This document shows, in pieces, positions 23,110-36,860 of a stretch of 64,000 nt of DNA. The notes beneath the pieces are model-generated. The model worked only from the letters and a program-made list of their open reading frames with translations, had not been told where the DNA came from and did not search any database. How positions within the stretch are numbered: the stretch's first letter is position 1; the number at the start of each line of letters is the position of its first letter. The translations under genes were made by a program, and so were the position numbers. Source of the DNA: Malacoraja senta (Eukaryota); the NCBI GenBank assembly GCA_038087875.1, contig CM075980.1, positions 10,230,001 through 10,294,000 on the forward strand, written 5' to 3'.

Positions 23110-23790
23110 AAACAATTCAAATGTCGTAAACGAGGTAGATGGAACGTCAGAACGGAACTCGCGCAGGTAAGGAAGGTGCAATTGCCTGATGACTGCTGGG
23201 AAGAAACTATCCCGGAATCTGGAGGTACGCGTTTTCAAACTGCTGTACCTCTTCCGTCTTGGGAGAGAGGAGAAAAGAAAGTTATCGAGGTGTGACTGGA
23301 CCTGTGTTGTGCTGATGGGTTGGCAATGCATTGTGAAGTGTAGATGGAGTCCGTGGAACGAAGGGAGATTGATTTCCACAATGGTCTGGGCTAAGGCCAA
23401 AACTCTGCAATTTCTAGCGGTTTTGGATGAAGTTGTTCCCAAACCATGGTGTGATGCATCCCGATAAAATGCTTTCTACGGCGCACGTGTAGAAGTTGGT
23501 GAGGGCTGTTAGGTACATACTGAACATAAACCTTAACCTTCTAAGAACGTAGAAAAACTGGTGTGGTTTTTTGGCCAATGCTTCGATGTGGCTGGTCCAA
23601 GATAAATTGCTAGTGAAATTGATTTCTAACAACATGAAGTTTTCGACCATTTCTACTTCGGCGCCATCAGTGTGCGCACTGGGTTTGTGCGCTGCTTCGT
23701 TTCCCGAAGTCAACCAGACCCTCCTTTGTCATGCTGACATTGGGAGAGGTTGTATCTTGGAACCAAGTAACGAGGTTCTAAATCTTCTCC
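23110..23790 (-). mobile_element. Rex1/Babar-like LINE 3' fragment
   Basis: DGAEVEMVENF..NLSWTSHIEALAKK..LRRL..LTNFYTCAVESILSGCITPWFGN; RTSRFRDSFFPAVIRQL. Confidence 0.7.
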
Positions 23791-23795
23791 TTGTA

Positions 23796-24780
23796 ATAAT
23801 ATTAATAATAATAGATTTTATTTTAAGGGCGCCTAATACCGAGGTCTCTAGGACACCTTACAATTTAAGAAACATATAAACATATAATCAGAGTAAAACA
23901 AGTTATAAAGACATCACAAATACACAAATTAAAAACAGAAATTCGATCCAAAAAAGACAACAACAAAATTCAGAAAACACAACATGAAGGGAGAGCAGCG
24001 GCAGCCAAACCGCGCCAGCGTACACTCTCCCTTCCGCCCGCCATGTTGGACATAGACTAACACAGACTAACACAGACACTTAACACTACACACAAAATCA
24101 TCCCCCCCACAATGGTTACCACTGTGGGGGAAGGCACAATGTCCAGTCCCCAACCCAGTTCTCCCCAGAGTCAGGCCCATCGAGGCCGCCACAGTTGCCT
24201 CTACGGAGCCCCGATGTTACTGGCCGTCGGGAGAGTCCTCGCAGCGGCTGGAACGGCCGGTTTCCCAGCGGAGTCGATGGCACCTGAAGCCGACAGGGCC
24301 GCGCCGAGTTGGAGCCACGAGGCTCCCGATGTTAAAGGCGGCGCCGCCGCCCGCGGCTGGTCGCGCCGCAGACCCGCAGCCCGGAGGTGTTGATCTCGGC
24401 GGTCATCGCATACCGGAGCGTCAGCGCGTCGATCCAGCTCGGCGACCCAGGCAAGGCATCGCCCGCTACGGTCCCCGATAGCGCTCCAGCGCTGTGCCGC
24501 CGACCGAAGCTGAAGGTGCTGGGCGGTCCCAGTCAGGAAACGGCGCTCCATGCCCGCTGGTAGGCCACGAGGACGGGTCGACGAGGCAGCCCGGAGAAAA
24601 AGCTGCCTCACCGACCAGGCAGGGACCTAGAATAAAATTACCCCCATTCACCTTACATTTAAAAGTAGATTCCTCCAACTGGAGACACTAAAACACACTA
24701 AAAAACTATTTAAAAAAAGGTGAATTAAACGGACGGCTGCTGGTTAGCAGCCGTTCCCCAACATGGCTCCTCCTCCTCAG
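23796..24780 (-). mobile_element. ~1-kb non-autonomous retroelement with an L2-like 3' end and (TTA)n tail
   Basis: The minus-strand 3' end reads tgtaaggtgtcctagag...aggcgccct..aataaaat-(tat)n. Present here and at 1-519, absent at the homologous site 47990-48010. Confidence 0.55.
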
Positions 24781-25986
24781 TCTCCATCTCGGCTGGATAA
24801 AACGTCAATGTCGAGTTTGACATATTTCTACTCTACCTCCAGTGGTGCTCAGGCGAGGAATAGACTTTAATCATTCTGGTTTTAGAATAAGTGCTCTCAT
24901 TCTGTTCTTTTCTCGTGCGTTAACTTCCTCCATAGAGACTTAACGTAGTCAGTAACATACTTGCTGTTACACTTCCCTTTTTCAGTAGTTACAATCCAAA
25001 GATACTTATAACGAAGCGACGCTGTTACATTTTATCAAGGGGGGGGGGGTTCAAAATGCCCTTGAAACATTTATTCTGTCCTCACAATATTATTGCACAT
25101 TAGAGCTCAGAGTAGAGTGCTTGCTTCAGCAGTTTGGTCTTGGATCTGTACCCCAAGGATATGGACACCAAATCACCATCCCTGCCATCCCTTACTCACA
25201 CACAGCTCCCAACAATGTTGAGCAACTGATCACAACGTGGATACTTTAAGCGTTGGCCTGTGAACCAATGCTTGCAAACCTTCACTTCCGGTGCCAATAG
25301 GTTTGGGCGGTCTCATGTACAACGCATTGGCAACCTTGTGCGTTGGTTCGCCAGGTTACCTTAATGAGCGACGTTCAAGAATCTGTTGATTGCTGTTGGT
25401 TAGCAGAAATTGTTTTTCATGCTATGTTCGAGGTATTGACCTTCGAACGTCAGTTTCCATAGTCTGCGTGAGGCTCTACAAAAGCATCACTGGGGATTTT
25501 AGTAATCAAAGCCTACCTTGCTTGTGAGGACTCATGAAAGGTGATCCACAATTTTCAACGTGAGCTGTGTTCTTGAAATTTGATTATTGAGGAGAGGTGC
25601 AGGGGGAATGGCATTGTTCAGTAGGGGTAGTTATAGGAAGCGCGATTGCTAGCTGCCATGTAACGTCCCCTCATGGAGGGTAGCTACATTGTTCAGAAGA
25701 AAAGCTGACGACCATATGGAGCCCCGCCTCTCCAATTATACTTGCATTTGAATTATTCATCGCCTGTGCTTTCACCTCTTACCGTCTTCTTACCGTCCAG
25801 GGATTGTAGACTCTTCCAGTGTTGTGTTCACAGCACACATTCCTTTACATACGAGGAAACAAACATGCATTGCTTAATGGAGCACCTGTACTCAGTCCGT
25901 AAATTGAATCCGGAGCTTCAATTTCGATCTTTCTGTGTGGTTTAATGTGGCAGGGGCGGGGGGAGGGGTGCCGGGGGGGGGGGGGT

Positions 25987-27110
25987 GAAGCAGTACTTGA
26001 AATTAAAGAAATCAATGTTCATACCGCTGAGTTGTAAGCTGCACAAGCGAAATGTGAGGTGATATTATTCCAATTTGTGCGTGGGGTCGTTTTGTGTTGT
26101 CCAGGACAGTAAGCTCAGTGTGGAAATGGGAAGGAGTTAAAATGTTAGGTATTCATGTTATCTGGCCTACACGTCTTCCTACCCTGCCACTTTCAAATAC
26201 TCTATCCCCTACAACAAATTCCTCTGTCGCCGCTGTTGTTTCTCCCAAGATGAGATGTTCCAGACTAGAACATCGGAGATATTATAATTCTTTAGGGAAC
26301 TAGAGTTCCACCCTTTTATCATAAATTGGACCATTACACGTGTCGCATCTGGATCCAGCGGTTCCGCACTTGTTCCCAATCCCCACGGCCGTGACAGAGA
26401 CAGTTATTATCCTCCTAATTTTCATCACCTCCAAAGGGATCCCATCACTAGTCACATCTTCCCACCCCCCCCCCCCCACCCCCACACACACACACTTCTG
26501 TGTACGCAGTGACCATTCCCTCTGAAACTCTCTGGTTCATTCATCAGTTCCCACCCAAACCACCTTCTACGCAGGGACTTTCCCTTACAACCGCAGAAGA
26601 TGCAATCCCGTCCTTATACCTCCCACCTCGACTATATCCAGGGACCCTGATATTCGTTTCAGCTAAGGCAGAGGTTTACTTGCACCTTCTCCATCTCATC
26701 TATTGTTCGATATGGGCTCCAAAATATTGGCGAGAGGAACTATGGAGTTGGTGGTCGTTTCGCTGAACACTTACGCTCAGTCCGCCATGGCCAACGGGAT
26801 CTTCTGGTTGCCGAAACATTCTACCTCCCATTGAAGATTGGTCTCGACCCGAAACGTCACCCATTCCTTCTCTCCCGAGATGCTGCCTGTCCCGCTGAGT
26901 TACTCCAGCTTTCTTTTATCTATATTCCCATACTGACCATTCTGTCCTTTCGTCGTCAGAGTGAGGCCACATACAAATGGAAAGAACAGCACCTCACATT
27001 TCGCTTGGGCAACTTTCAACGCAGTGGTATGACTGATGGTTTCTCTAATTTCAAGCTACTCTTGCATCCCCCCATCCTTATATCCTTCTCGTTATCACCC
27101 TTTCCCCAGC
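25987..27110 (+). mobile_element. Penelope-like element with inverted pseudo-LTR (unit B copy)
   Basis: Copy of 1722-2830. Confidence 0.7.
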
Positions 27111-27720
27111 CAACAATGGTCTATTATGGGCTCCACCCTTCCTGAAGTCATCTGCTGCCAGCCCTGATTTGTCTGGCCTTGTCACCTACAGTTTCCACGC
27201 CACCACCACTTTCAGTCTGAAGAAGGCTTCCGATCCGAAACGTCACCTATTCCTTTTCTCCAGAGATGCAGCCTGACCCGCTGAGTTATTCCAGCATTTT
27301 TGTGTCTACTGTCGGTTTATAGTTCTTTGGCTAAATTCCTCCCTATCCATGTATTTACTTTTGGGATGAATGTATTGTTGGTCAGACAATGCATCGATCG
27401 CCCATCCCTATCTGCCATTGAGAAGCTGATGATAAACTACCTTGATGCTGTCTGACCTGCTGAGCTACTTCGGCTTTTGTGTGTCTATCTTCAGCAACTC
27501 TAATCTTGTGATACTATTCATGTTATAAATCCAAAGGTTGGATCAAGGAAGAGTGAAAGATGATATATTTCCAAGCCTTGATGTGCTTGGAAGTTACATT
27601 GCAGACAACTACATTATTATGCGGAAGATAAACACAAAATGCTGAAGTAAATCAACGGGCAGGCAGAATCTCTGGAGACACGGGATAGGTGTCAGCTTCT
27701 GCACCAAGCACCCAATGCAA

Positions 27721-30700
27721 ATGAGCACCTGTAGTTCCTGGACTCTGCGGAAGGACTTGGATATGCTGGGGGAATGAGCTGAGTAGTGGGAGATGGGATA
27801 CAGCACAGCAAAGTGTGGAGTCATACATTTGGGTAGCAGGAATAAAGTATGACTATTTTATAAATGGGGAAATAATTCACAAATCGGAGATACAAAGTGA
27901 CTTGGGAGTGCTGTTGCAGGATTACCAAAAAGTTAATTTGCAAGTCGAATCATTAGCAAGGAATGTGAATGCAATACTAGGATTTCTTTCAAGAGGGCTA
28001 GAATACAAAACATGGATGTAATGCTGAGGCTTTATAAGGAACTGCTCAGACTGGATTTGGATTATTATGCGCAGTTTTAGGCCCCTTATCTGAGGAAATA
28101 TGTGTTGGCTTTGGAGAGGGTCCGGATGAGGTTTAGGAGAATGATCCCAGGATTAATTGGGTTAATATGTGACGGCGCTTGAAGGCACAGGGATTGTGTT
28201 CGCATGAGTTTAGAAGGATAAAGGAGGACCTGATTGAAACTTACCAAATAGTGAATGGCTTCTATAGAGTAAACGTGGAGAGGATGTTTCCACTGGTGGG
28301 AGAGTCTGTGGCCAGTGGCCATAGACTCAGCATTAAAGGACGTATCTTTATAAAGGAGAAGAGGAGGATTTTTATTAGTCAGGGGGTGGTGAATCTTTGG
28401 AATCAATTGCCATAGAGAGGCGTGGATAAAGTCTCCTCATCTCAGTCCTAAATGGCCTACACCCTCATTCCTAATCTGTGATGCCTGGTTCTGTTCATCC
28501 CCAACATCGGGGGGGGGGGGGGAATTCTACCTCTAGCCTGTCCAATCCCTTCAGACTTTTATGTGTTTCTATAAGATCCCCTCTCATCCTTCTAATTTTA
28601 GTGAATACAAGCCCAGTCGTCCCATTCTTTCATCATATGTCAGTCCTGCCATCCCGGGAATTAACCTGGTGAATTGACGCTGCATCCCTCTATGGCAAGA
28701 ATGTCCTTCCTCAAATTAGGGTCCAAAACTGCACACAATAGTCCAGGTGTGGTCTCAACAGGACCCTGTACTGCTGCAGTAGGACCTCCTTTCTCCTATA
28801 CTCAAATCCTCTCACTATGAAGGGCAACATGCCATTTCCTTTCTTCATTGCCTGGTGTACCTGCATGTTTACATTCAATGACTGATGTACAAATTACTAA
28901 TGTGCAGGGCCTCGTTGCACTTCACATTTTCCTAATCTGACACAATTCAGATAATAACCTGCCTTCTTGTTCTTGCCACCAATGTGGATAACCTCACATT
29001 TATCCACATTATACTGCATCTGCCCACTCACCCAACCTATCCAAGTCACCCCACAACCCCATACCACCCTCTTCGCAGCTCACGCTGCCACCCAGCTTTG
29101 TGTCATCCGCAAACGTGGAGATGTTACTTTTAATTCCCTCATCTAGATCATTAATATACATTGTAAATAACTGGGGTTCCAGTACTGAGCCTTGCGGCAC
29201 CCCATTAGTCACTGCCTGCCTTCTGAAAAGGACCCATTAATTCATTCTCTTTGCATCCTGCCTGCCAACCAGTCCCTTATCCATGTCAATACCCTACTCA
29301 CAAAACCATGTGCTCTAGTTTTGCACACTAATCTCTTGCGTGGGACCTTGTCAAAGCTTTTTGAAAGTCCAGATACAACATATCAACTGGCTCTCCCTTT
29401 TCCATTCTACTTGTTACATTCTTAAAAGTTTCCAGAAGATTGGTCAAGCATGATTTCCCTTTCATAAATCCCTGCTGACTTTGTCGGATCCCTTCATTGC
29501 TTTCCAAATACGCTGCAATTACATCTTTAATAATTGAATAATTTTAAAGCCGAGATTGACAGATCCTTGATTGGTACAGGGGGTACGGAGATAAGACATG
29601 AGAATGGTAGAGAGGTTAAGATAGATCAGCCATGATTGAATGGTGGTGTAACCTTGATGGGCCGAATGGCCTAATTCTGCTCCTAGAAGAATGAATTTAT
29701 GAACATGAATTATGCGTCTGGTTCTTGAATGCCTTGGTGACCATTTTCTTGAGGTTATACATAAGGGGACTGATTAGAATGCATTCTGTAGACGGCACAG
29801 ACTGTGGGCTTGTTGCACTTGTGGCAAAGAGAGGCAAAGAATGGGATTATGCCATTAAAATAAAAACGTAATCCTGTAAAATCTCGCACTTCTTGAACGT
29901 TGTCGGATCTGAAGTCATCACGACATGTAGCGAGGATGTCATCATAGCCATATTGCTGTTTTTTAAGCATTATCAGTCTTGAAAATTTGGTATTGAGTGG
30001 GGAACTGGAATGAGATGGAATGGGGATAGATTATTTTGCTTCCAACAGGATCTTTATTATAGAAAATACGAGAACATTTTCATAAAGCAGTAAATCTCAT
30101 GTCCTTCTGCTTGTTAAGCGTGAACTGATATAGACGGCGGTTAATAATAAGAAGTCACATGAATTTCTCCTCTTCCAGATTCCTGTTTGCTATAGCTTGT
30201 CTGGAGATCTCGAAAGTCCTGGCACATTTCGGGATCATGATCTGATGCGCAGTCTTTCTCTCTCTCTCATGAAGGTGAGTTCTGTGAGCTGGATCGAAAC
30301 ATTAATTTATAAATCAATAAATCTGATCTCGAATCAAAAGTAAACAGATTTAAAACTAGTTGTTCTTCTTTGTACTCAAGAAACAGTAAGCTATTTATTA
30401 AATCAAGGGCCGAGCTAGTCTCGGATGTCTCTAAGAATGAAATTGAGATATCCCAATAGACATCTGGAAGTGCCGTGGGGTCAACAATCTTTTCTTAGTG
30501 CACCATGTCCACTTTCTTGACTGTTAAACATTAAACAATCCTTCATCAATGCACTCTGCCCGATCTTTGACATGGTATTGACATGGATAGAGAATTGATT
30601 GGGAAACAGGAAACAAATTGTAGGAATAAACGGGTCCCTGTCGGAATGGTAGGCATGGCGAGTGGAGTGCCGCAAGGCTCGGTGCTGGGACCGCAACTAT

Positions 30701-32690
30701 TTACAATATATATTAATGATTTAGATGATGGCATTAAAAGTAACACTAGCAAATTTGCAGATGACACAAAGTTGGGTGGCATTGTGAAGTCGAAGAAGAT
30801 GCTAGGATGTGGTAGGGCGACTTGGACAGGTTGAGTGAGTGGGCAGATGCATGACAGGTGCAGTATAATGTAGATAATTGTGAGTTTATCCACTTTGGTG
30901 GCAAGAACAAGGAGGCAGATTATTATCTCAATGGTGTCAGATTAGGAAAAAGGGAAGTGCAGCGAGACTTGGGTGTCCTTGTACACCAGTCACTGAAAGA
31001 AAACATGCAGGTGCAGCAGGCAGTGAAGTAAGCTAATGGCATGTTGGCCTTCATAACGAGAGGATTTAAGTAGAGGAGTAAAGAGGTCCTTCTGCAGTTG
31101 TACAGGGCCCTGTTGAGACGACATCTGTAGTATTCTGTGTGTTTTTTGTCCCCTAATTTAAGGAAGGGCATCCTTAGTGCAGCATAGGTTCAAGAGGTTA
31201 ATCCCTGGCATGACGGGACTGTCATATGAAGAAAGATTGGAAAGATTGGGCTTGTATTCACTGGAAGTAAGAAGGAGGGGATGTTATAGACACTTATAAT
31301 ATCCAGAACCGGGGCCACAGTTTAACAATAAAGGGGAGGCCATTTAAAACTGAGAGGAAAAAAACCTTTCACCCAGAGAGTTGTGAATTTGTGGAATACT
31401 CTGCAACAGAAGACAGTAGAGGCCCAATTCACTGGATGAATTTAAAAGAGTTGGATAGAGCTCTCGGGGCTAGCGGAATCAAGCGATATGGGGAGAAAGC
31501 AGGCAAGGGTTAGTGATTATGGATGATCAGCCATGATCACAATGAATAGCGGTGCAGGCTCGAAGGGCCAAATGGCCTGCTCCTGTACCTATTTTCTAAG
31601 TTTCTATCGCACTTGGTCACATCTAATTCTTCAAAGTTATTCATTTGTATGATGATTGCGTCTCTGGGAAGGCAGTATTTATTGCCCATCCAAAAGAGGG
31701 AACACAGAGACACAAGGAACTGCGGCTGCTGGAATCATGATGAAACACAAAGTGCTGGAGTAACACGGGGTGTGCCTCAGGGTTCGGTGCTGGGACCGTT
31801 AATATTTGTCATCCATATCAATGATTTGAATGAGATCATACTGGGTAAGATTAGCAAGTTTGCAGATGATACAAACGTGGGAGGTTTTGCAGATAGTGGC
31901 GATGGTTGTGAAAAAGTGCAGCAGGATCTTGATCAATTGGCCAGGTAGGCTGAGGAATGGTTGATGGAATTTAATGCAGAGAAATGTGAAGTGTTGCATT
32001 TTGGGTAGTCTAACATGGGCAAGACGTACGAAGTCGACGGTAGATCGGGTGGTCAAAAAGGCTTTTGGCACATTGGCCTTCATCAGCGAGAGTAATGAGT
32101 ATAGAGGTTGGGAGGTCTTGTTGCAGATGTATCAGACGTTGGTGACGCCGCATTTACATTATTGTGTTCAGTCTGGGCACCATCTTATAGGAAAGATTTC
32201 GACAAGCTGGAAAAGGTACAGAGAAGATTTACGAGGATGTTGCCAGGATTAGAGGGTCTGAGCTATAGGGAGAGGTTGAGTAGGCTGGGACTCTATTGTT
32301 TGGAGCACAGGGAGACGAGGGGGAAATCTTAAAGGTGTAGAGGGTCCTCATTGGAATAGATCGGGTAGATGCACAGTCTCTTGCCTAGAATAGGTGAATC
32401 GAGGTTTATGGTGACAGGGCAAAGATTTAATAGGAATCCGAGGGGTAACTTTTTCCCACAGGTGGTTGTATGGAACAAGCAGCCAGAGGAGGTAGTTGTG
32501 CCATGGACTATCCCAACGTTTAAAAAACAGTTAGACAGGTACATGGATATGACAGATTTGGAGGGATATGAACCCAATACGGGCAGATGGGACTAGTGTA
32601 GATGGGACATTTTGGCCGATGTGGGAAAGTTGGACCGAAGGGCTTGTTTCCACACTCTATGACTATGACTCTCTTTGACTCTATGGGGGA
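27721..32690. mobile_element. CR1 fragment series of unit B: + 27721-28416, - 28431-29520, + 30570-31605, + 31765-32690
   Basis: Colinear copies of the four unit A CR1 fragments, with the same RT motifs. Confidence 0.85.
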
Positions 32691-32904
32691 TCATGTAGTA
32701 TCTGTAGTATCAAGGTATTCCACGTTGCAAAGTTGACAACATGCAGCAGTGAGAGAAGGATGAGAACGGTGAGAGCAGGGACCTGTGTAAATAAACATTA
32801 GGTAAACTTGCTAGTCGTAGTGACATGCCTACGTTCAAAAAGGCTTATGCGCGCAATTACTGCTCATTCTGTAGATGTTACTAATTGTATTCACTTTAGT
32901 TTAA

Positions 32905-33095
32905 TTTGTAGATACAGCGCGGAAACAGGCTCTGCTGCCCACTGATCAACAGTCCCCGCACATTAACACTATCCGACACACTTTAGGGACAATATATAAT
33001 GTTACCAAGCCAATGAACCTACGAATCTGTCTTTGTAGTCTGGAAGGAAACCGGAGCTTCCTGCGAAATCCCAGGCAGATCATGGGGAAAACGTA
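32905..33095 (-). mobile_element. SINE fragment (copy of 8690-8880)
   Basis: Near-identical to the unit A copy. Confidence 0.5.
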
Positions 33096-34111
33096 GTGGT
33101 GAAAGGATGAATGGTTAAGTTAATGGATTGCTGTCCAGTCATGTGCACTGCTAAACTAATATATTTAATGAGACCTTAAGGACAATTATTAATTGTAATT
33201 ATTTTTCTCACCCGCTATTTCCCGAAAACCGCTCTTCGCGTTTCTCCCTTGTCAGTTTTGCCAGATAGCTGGAGAGGCCATATTCCATTCAACTTTAATT
33301 GAATATGGATGTGCTGTATGTAACCTTCCTGTCGTCCTGTCGTACTACAAAGTCGAAAGAACTCTGGAAGTGATCGGTGAGAGCCAGTATGTCCCCTTTT
33401 ACTTCACTCATATATGCATTAATTTGGTACAGGTAACATTTCCACTTTGAGTCGTGGCAAGTTTTGCGAATTACTGCGCATTACAATAGGATAGTATCAC
33501 AGACCGCTTTTCCAAGCACGACACACATCGGGTAGTCAAAATAGCCTCCAAAATAGCAACTTTACTGACATTTGTAGTGATCTTCTGTCCCCTCAGGTCC
33601 TTTCTAAATTATCTGATACACAAGTAGAAGGGCAGCCAGTGGGGGTTTTGATTTCTAAAATTACAAAGATATCTAAATATAAATTTAATGTGCTTTTTAA
33701 TAAAACAGTGCTGAGGAGGTGACTGTGATCATGTTATGTTCAGCGATACTGAGGTAGACAGAAATGCTGGAGAAACTCAGCGGATGAGGGAGCATCCATG
33801 GAGCGAAGGAAATCAGCGATCCGGATTCAGTTGGCCCGTTTAGATAAAATATTACTATTCCGTTTTCATTGGTGATTAAACAGTTACAGAATTTAATATT
33901 TAAACCTCGCAATCTGTTTAATGTATATATGCGGAGGGGTCAGACAAGAAATTTTAGATGGTTTGTTTATAAAGAAGGGACAACTGTGGCAATCCTTTTC
34001 ATTCTGCTGTATGTATGAGAACGCATGAAGCTTTTTAGAAATACAAATTTCTAAAAGAAGACCTGCACGTTTCACAGTGGCGAATATTTTGAGGAAGAAT
34101 CTGGCAATTTC

Positions 34112-34193
34112 TGATTGGCTTCGACGAGCATATCGTTTTGATTGGTTTGGATAGATAAACACACGGTGACATCTCGTCATTCCATTTATAAAG
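34112..34193 (+). promoter_or_regulatory. IgL cluster 2 promoter
   Basis: Two TGATTGG boxes, TGACATCTCGTCA, and TATAAA at 34187. Confidence 0.7.
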
Positions 34194-34262
34194 AGAGCCA
34201 GAGAGCAAGATTACACTTCACTTGTCCTGGAAACTGCCGCCCGATCGGAGCTCAGTCGGTTA

Positions 34263-34317
34263 ATGAAAATGTCTTATTGGATCCGTGTGGTCGGTGCGTT
34301 GGTGTTTTGCGCAGTTT
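34263..34317 (+). CDS. IGL: Ig light chain cluster 2, leader exon
   Basis: Same peptide as cluster 1 (one synonymous change), with a gtgagt donor. Confidence 0.9.
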
Positions 34318-34437
34318 GTGAGTATTTTACTTTCCTGGACAATATACTTATTTCTGTTCACCATTAATTTGGGGTTATCTCCCACACTTCAACAAACTTA
34401 ACAATTTTCTTTTTTTCTGATATTTCTCTTTTCTCAG

Positions 34438-34782
34438 ACTTAAGCGCGGCAGTTACAGTAAGTCAGCCGCCTTCGATGTCCGCCTCCACTGGACAGGAAA
34501 TACAAATATCCTGCACCATATCGGGTTCCAGTTCAGGCGCTGACTATGTCTCGTGGTACCAACAGATTCCTGGCAAAACTCCCAAGTATCTATTCTACTA
34601 TTATACCAGTGGCAGCATTTATAAAGGCACGGACATTCCAGACCGTTTTTCCGTCTCGGTGTCAGGCAGCTCTCTAGTATTCGCAATATCTAGCGTTCAA
34701 TCGGTGGATGCTGCGGACTATTACTGTGCCAAATGGGATAGTGGTTTACATTTCGGTAAAGGAACGAGGCTGGGTATTGGCG
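34438..34782 (+). CDS. IGL: Ig light chain cluster 2, germline-joined VJ exon
   Basis: Intact splice sites. Three nt differences from cluster 1 in 345 nt, one of them a replacement (Q to E in FR1). Confidence 0.97.
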
Positions 34783-35440
34783 GTAAGTAAAATATATTCT
34801 TCGGACAGCACGCTATTTTCTTTTTATTTTAATGCAGATATTGCTTGATTTAACGTCGTGAGTTCACATTATACGTGATTGGGCCAGCTGTATTTCAGTG
34901 CAGATAGTGCGATCTTGCTATACAGATGTTCCGAGTTCATTTGGACATAGCTCAGTGAAATGACTGCAAAAGCGAGCTAATGTTTTGTCTTGAGCTTTTA
35001 CAGACGAACAATCAATTTCTCGACAAAAGCATTCTGTGCCCAGGGAACCACGGGACTGAGCGACTTTGAGCGAATTAACTCGCTTAGGATAGTAGTTACT
35101 TGGATCCCCTTTTAGGCATTGAGGTCTGGTTGCACGGTGCCGCGATGCGAAGGAATTATTTGTTCCATGTTGTTTTGTCTAATATTCAAGCAAGTGTTTC
35201 ACTCTGTAGCCCATTATACTTCAGTTGCATTACGAAAATAACGTATATAATTGGTTTCGCTGAACAGAGCCATATTCCGCCTTCAAAGCATTTCAAAACA
35301 ACCATGACCGAGCAAGACTAATCCTTACAGCGTCAATATTAGATTAGAAATCGCGCAGCTGCGATTCCAAGCAATATTTTTTTTACAGTTCACAGAATTA
35401 CTTAGGACCGCACCATGAATTTAATGTACTCGAAAATGTG

Positions 35441-35448
35441 ATGCAAAT
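35441..35448 (+). promoter_or_regulatory. Octamer ATGCAAAT in the J-C intron of cluster 2
   Basis: Exact motif, homologous to 11230. Confidence 0.45.
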
Positions 35449-36352
35449 CTTCAATTTTCCATTTTGCTTCCCGTCCAATAATGATCGCGTACTTCCTAAT
35501 GCGAATGGTGTCATTTCTCTCGGATTTTGAAATCGTCAATTAGATGAGGGTTGATGTAGAACTGAAGTTGCACGGAATAGGGTTCGTCCAATAAATTGCG
35601 GAAATATACGCAGTGTTTGTCCAGATATGAAAGGATATTGCTTGGGTAACGGGGGGTCAGCAACGTTCATATTCAACACTGTCAAAATTCCGGTTGACGG
35701 GTTTAAATGCGAAATGCGAAAGGCGAAAATTTCGCACATTTCAGAAATGTTGTTTAATACGTAGAGCAGCCTTTCATGGACACAGCAGTGCATTTCAAAT
35801 ATAAATGCATATTCGAACTACAATGTCATCCTTGATTGCGAACGACATCAGCGAATGTCGACCGTGGCTTTCGAAGACTAGTTTCTATATATTTTTGCCG
35901 AACTTAATAGCGTCACCCTCCATTTCAAAGGGTGCGGGCACTTAAATAAGTTTAAATCTGTTATTATTACTTTCGAAACCGCGAATCGTTTATATCTGCT
36001 GATATATTTAAATAAATGTAAAGCCGAAGATGTGTAGTAAAATGACATTATAAAAGTTATAATAATGTATTCAGTTTTATAAAACAGTGCAGCCTTGATC
36101 TATCACAGATGCTTTCCCGCAGTTTATGCATAGGGCAGACAGAAAATTAACTATTCTAGGTGCTTTCACGTACTTTATTTATTGTTTACCCAATTTAAAA
36201 AAACGCACTGTAATGGTTTGAAATAGGTCGAGAATAAAACGACTTATTTCTATAAATGAATAAATGAGTGCTTTAATGAGATGTATATTCGGCTAATAAT
36301 GATATCTCAACGACAGCAATTCTCCAATTAACTGTGACTTCTTATTAAACAG

Positions 36353-36675
36353 CTCCTCGTGCACCGATCGTGACGGTCCTCCCGCCCTCAGCCGATGAAG
36401 TTACCTCAAAGGGCACCGCCACCCTGGTGTGCTTGGTGAACGGCTTTAACCCGGGCTCGGTGGCCGTTGAGTGGAGCATTGACGGCAGTGCAAAAAGTAG
36501 CGGCGTTGAGACCAGCCCGATCCAGCAGGATAAGGACAACACGTTCAGTCTCAGCAGTTTCCTGACTCTGACAGCCTCAGACTGGAACTTACACAATCTT
36601 TACTCCTGTGTGGTTAAACACCAGACTCAGTCAGACCCGCTGAAGACAAATATCATGAGATCCAGCTGTATCTGA
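36353..36675 (+). CDS. IGL: Ig light chain cluster 2, constant exon
   Basis: Intact. Six nt differences from cluster 1, three of them replacements (V>I, S>T, N>D). Confidence 0.97.
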
Positions 36676-36854
36676 TGTTTGAAGCGCGAGCTGACTCCCC
36701 AAAGTTAGCTAATCACCATTGGGTTCTTCCATGTGACAAAGTTCGTCTTTGTCTTTCGGAATTTTCATAAAGAAATGCCATTTATAGTTGAAACCTTGAT
36801 TTTTTATGACTTGTTCGCCTTAAATGTAGTTCTTTCGAACGAATATCGTTCATG

Positions 36855-36860
36855 AATAAA
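36855..36860 (+). terminator. Putative polyadenylation signal of cluster 2
   Basis: AATAAA homologous to 12651. Confidence 0.65.
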
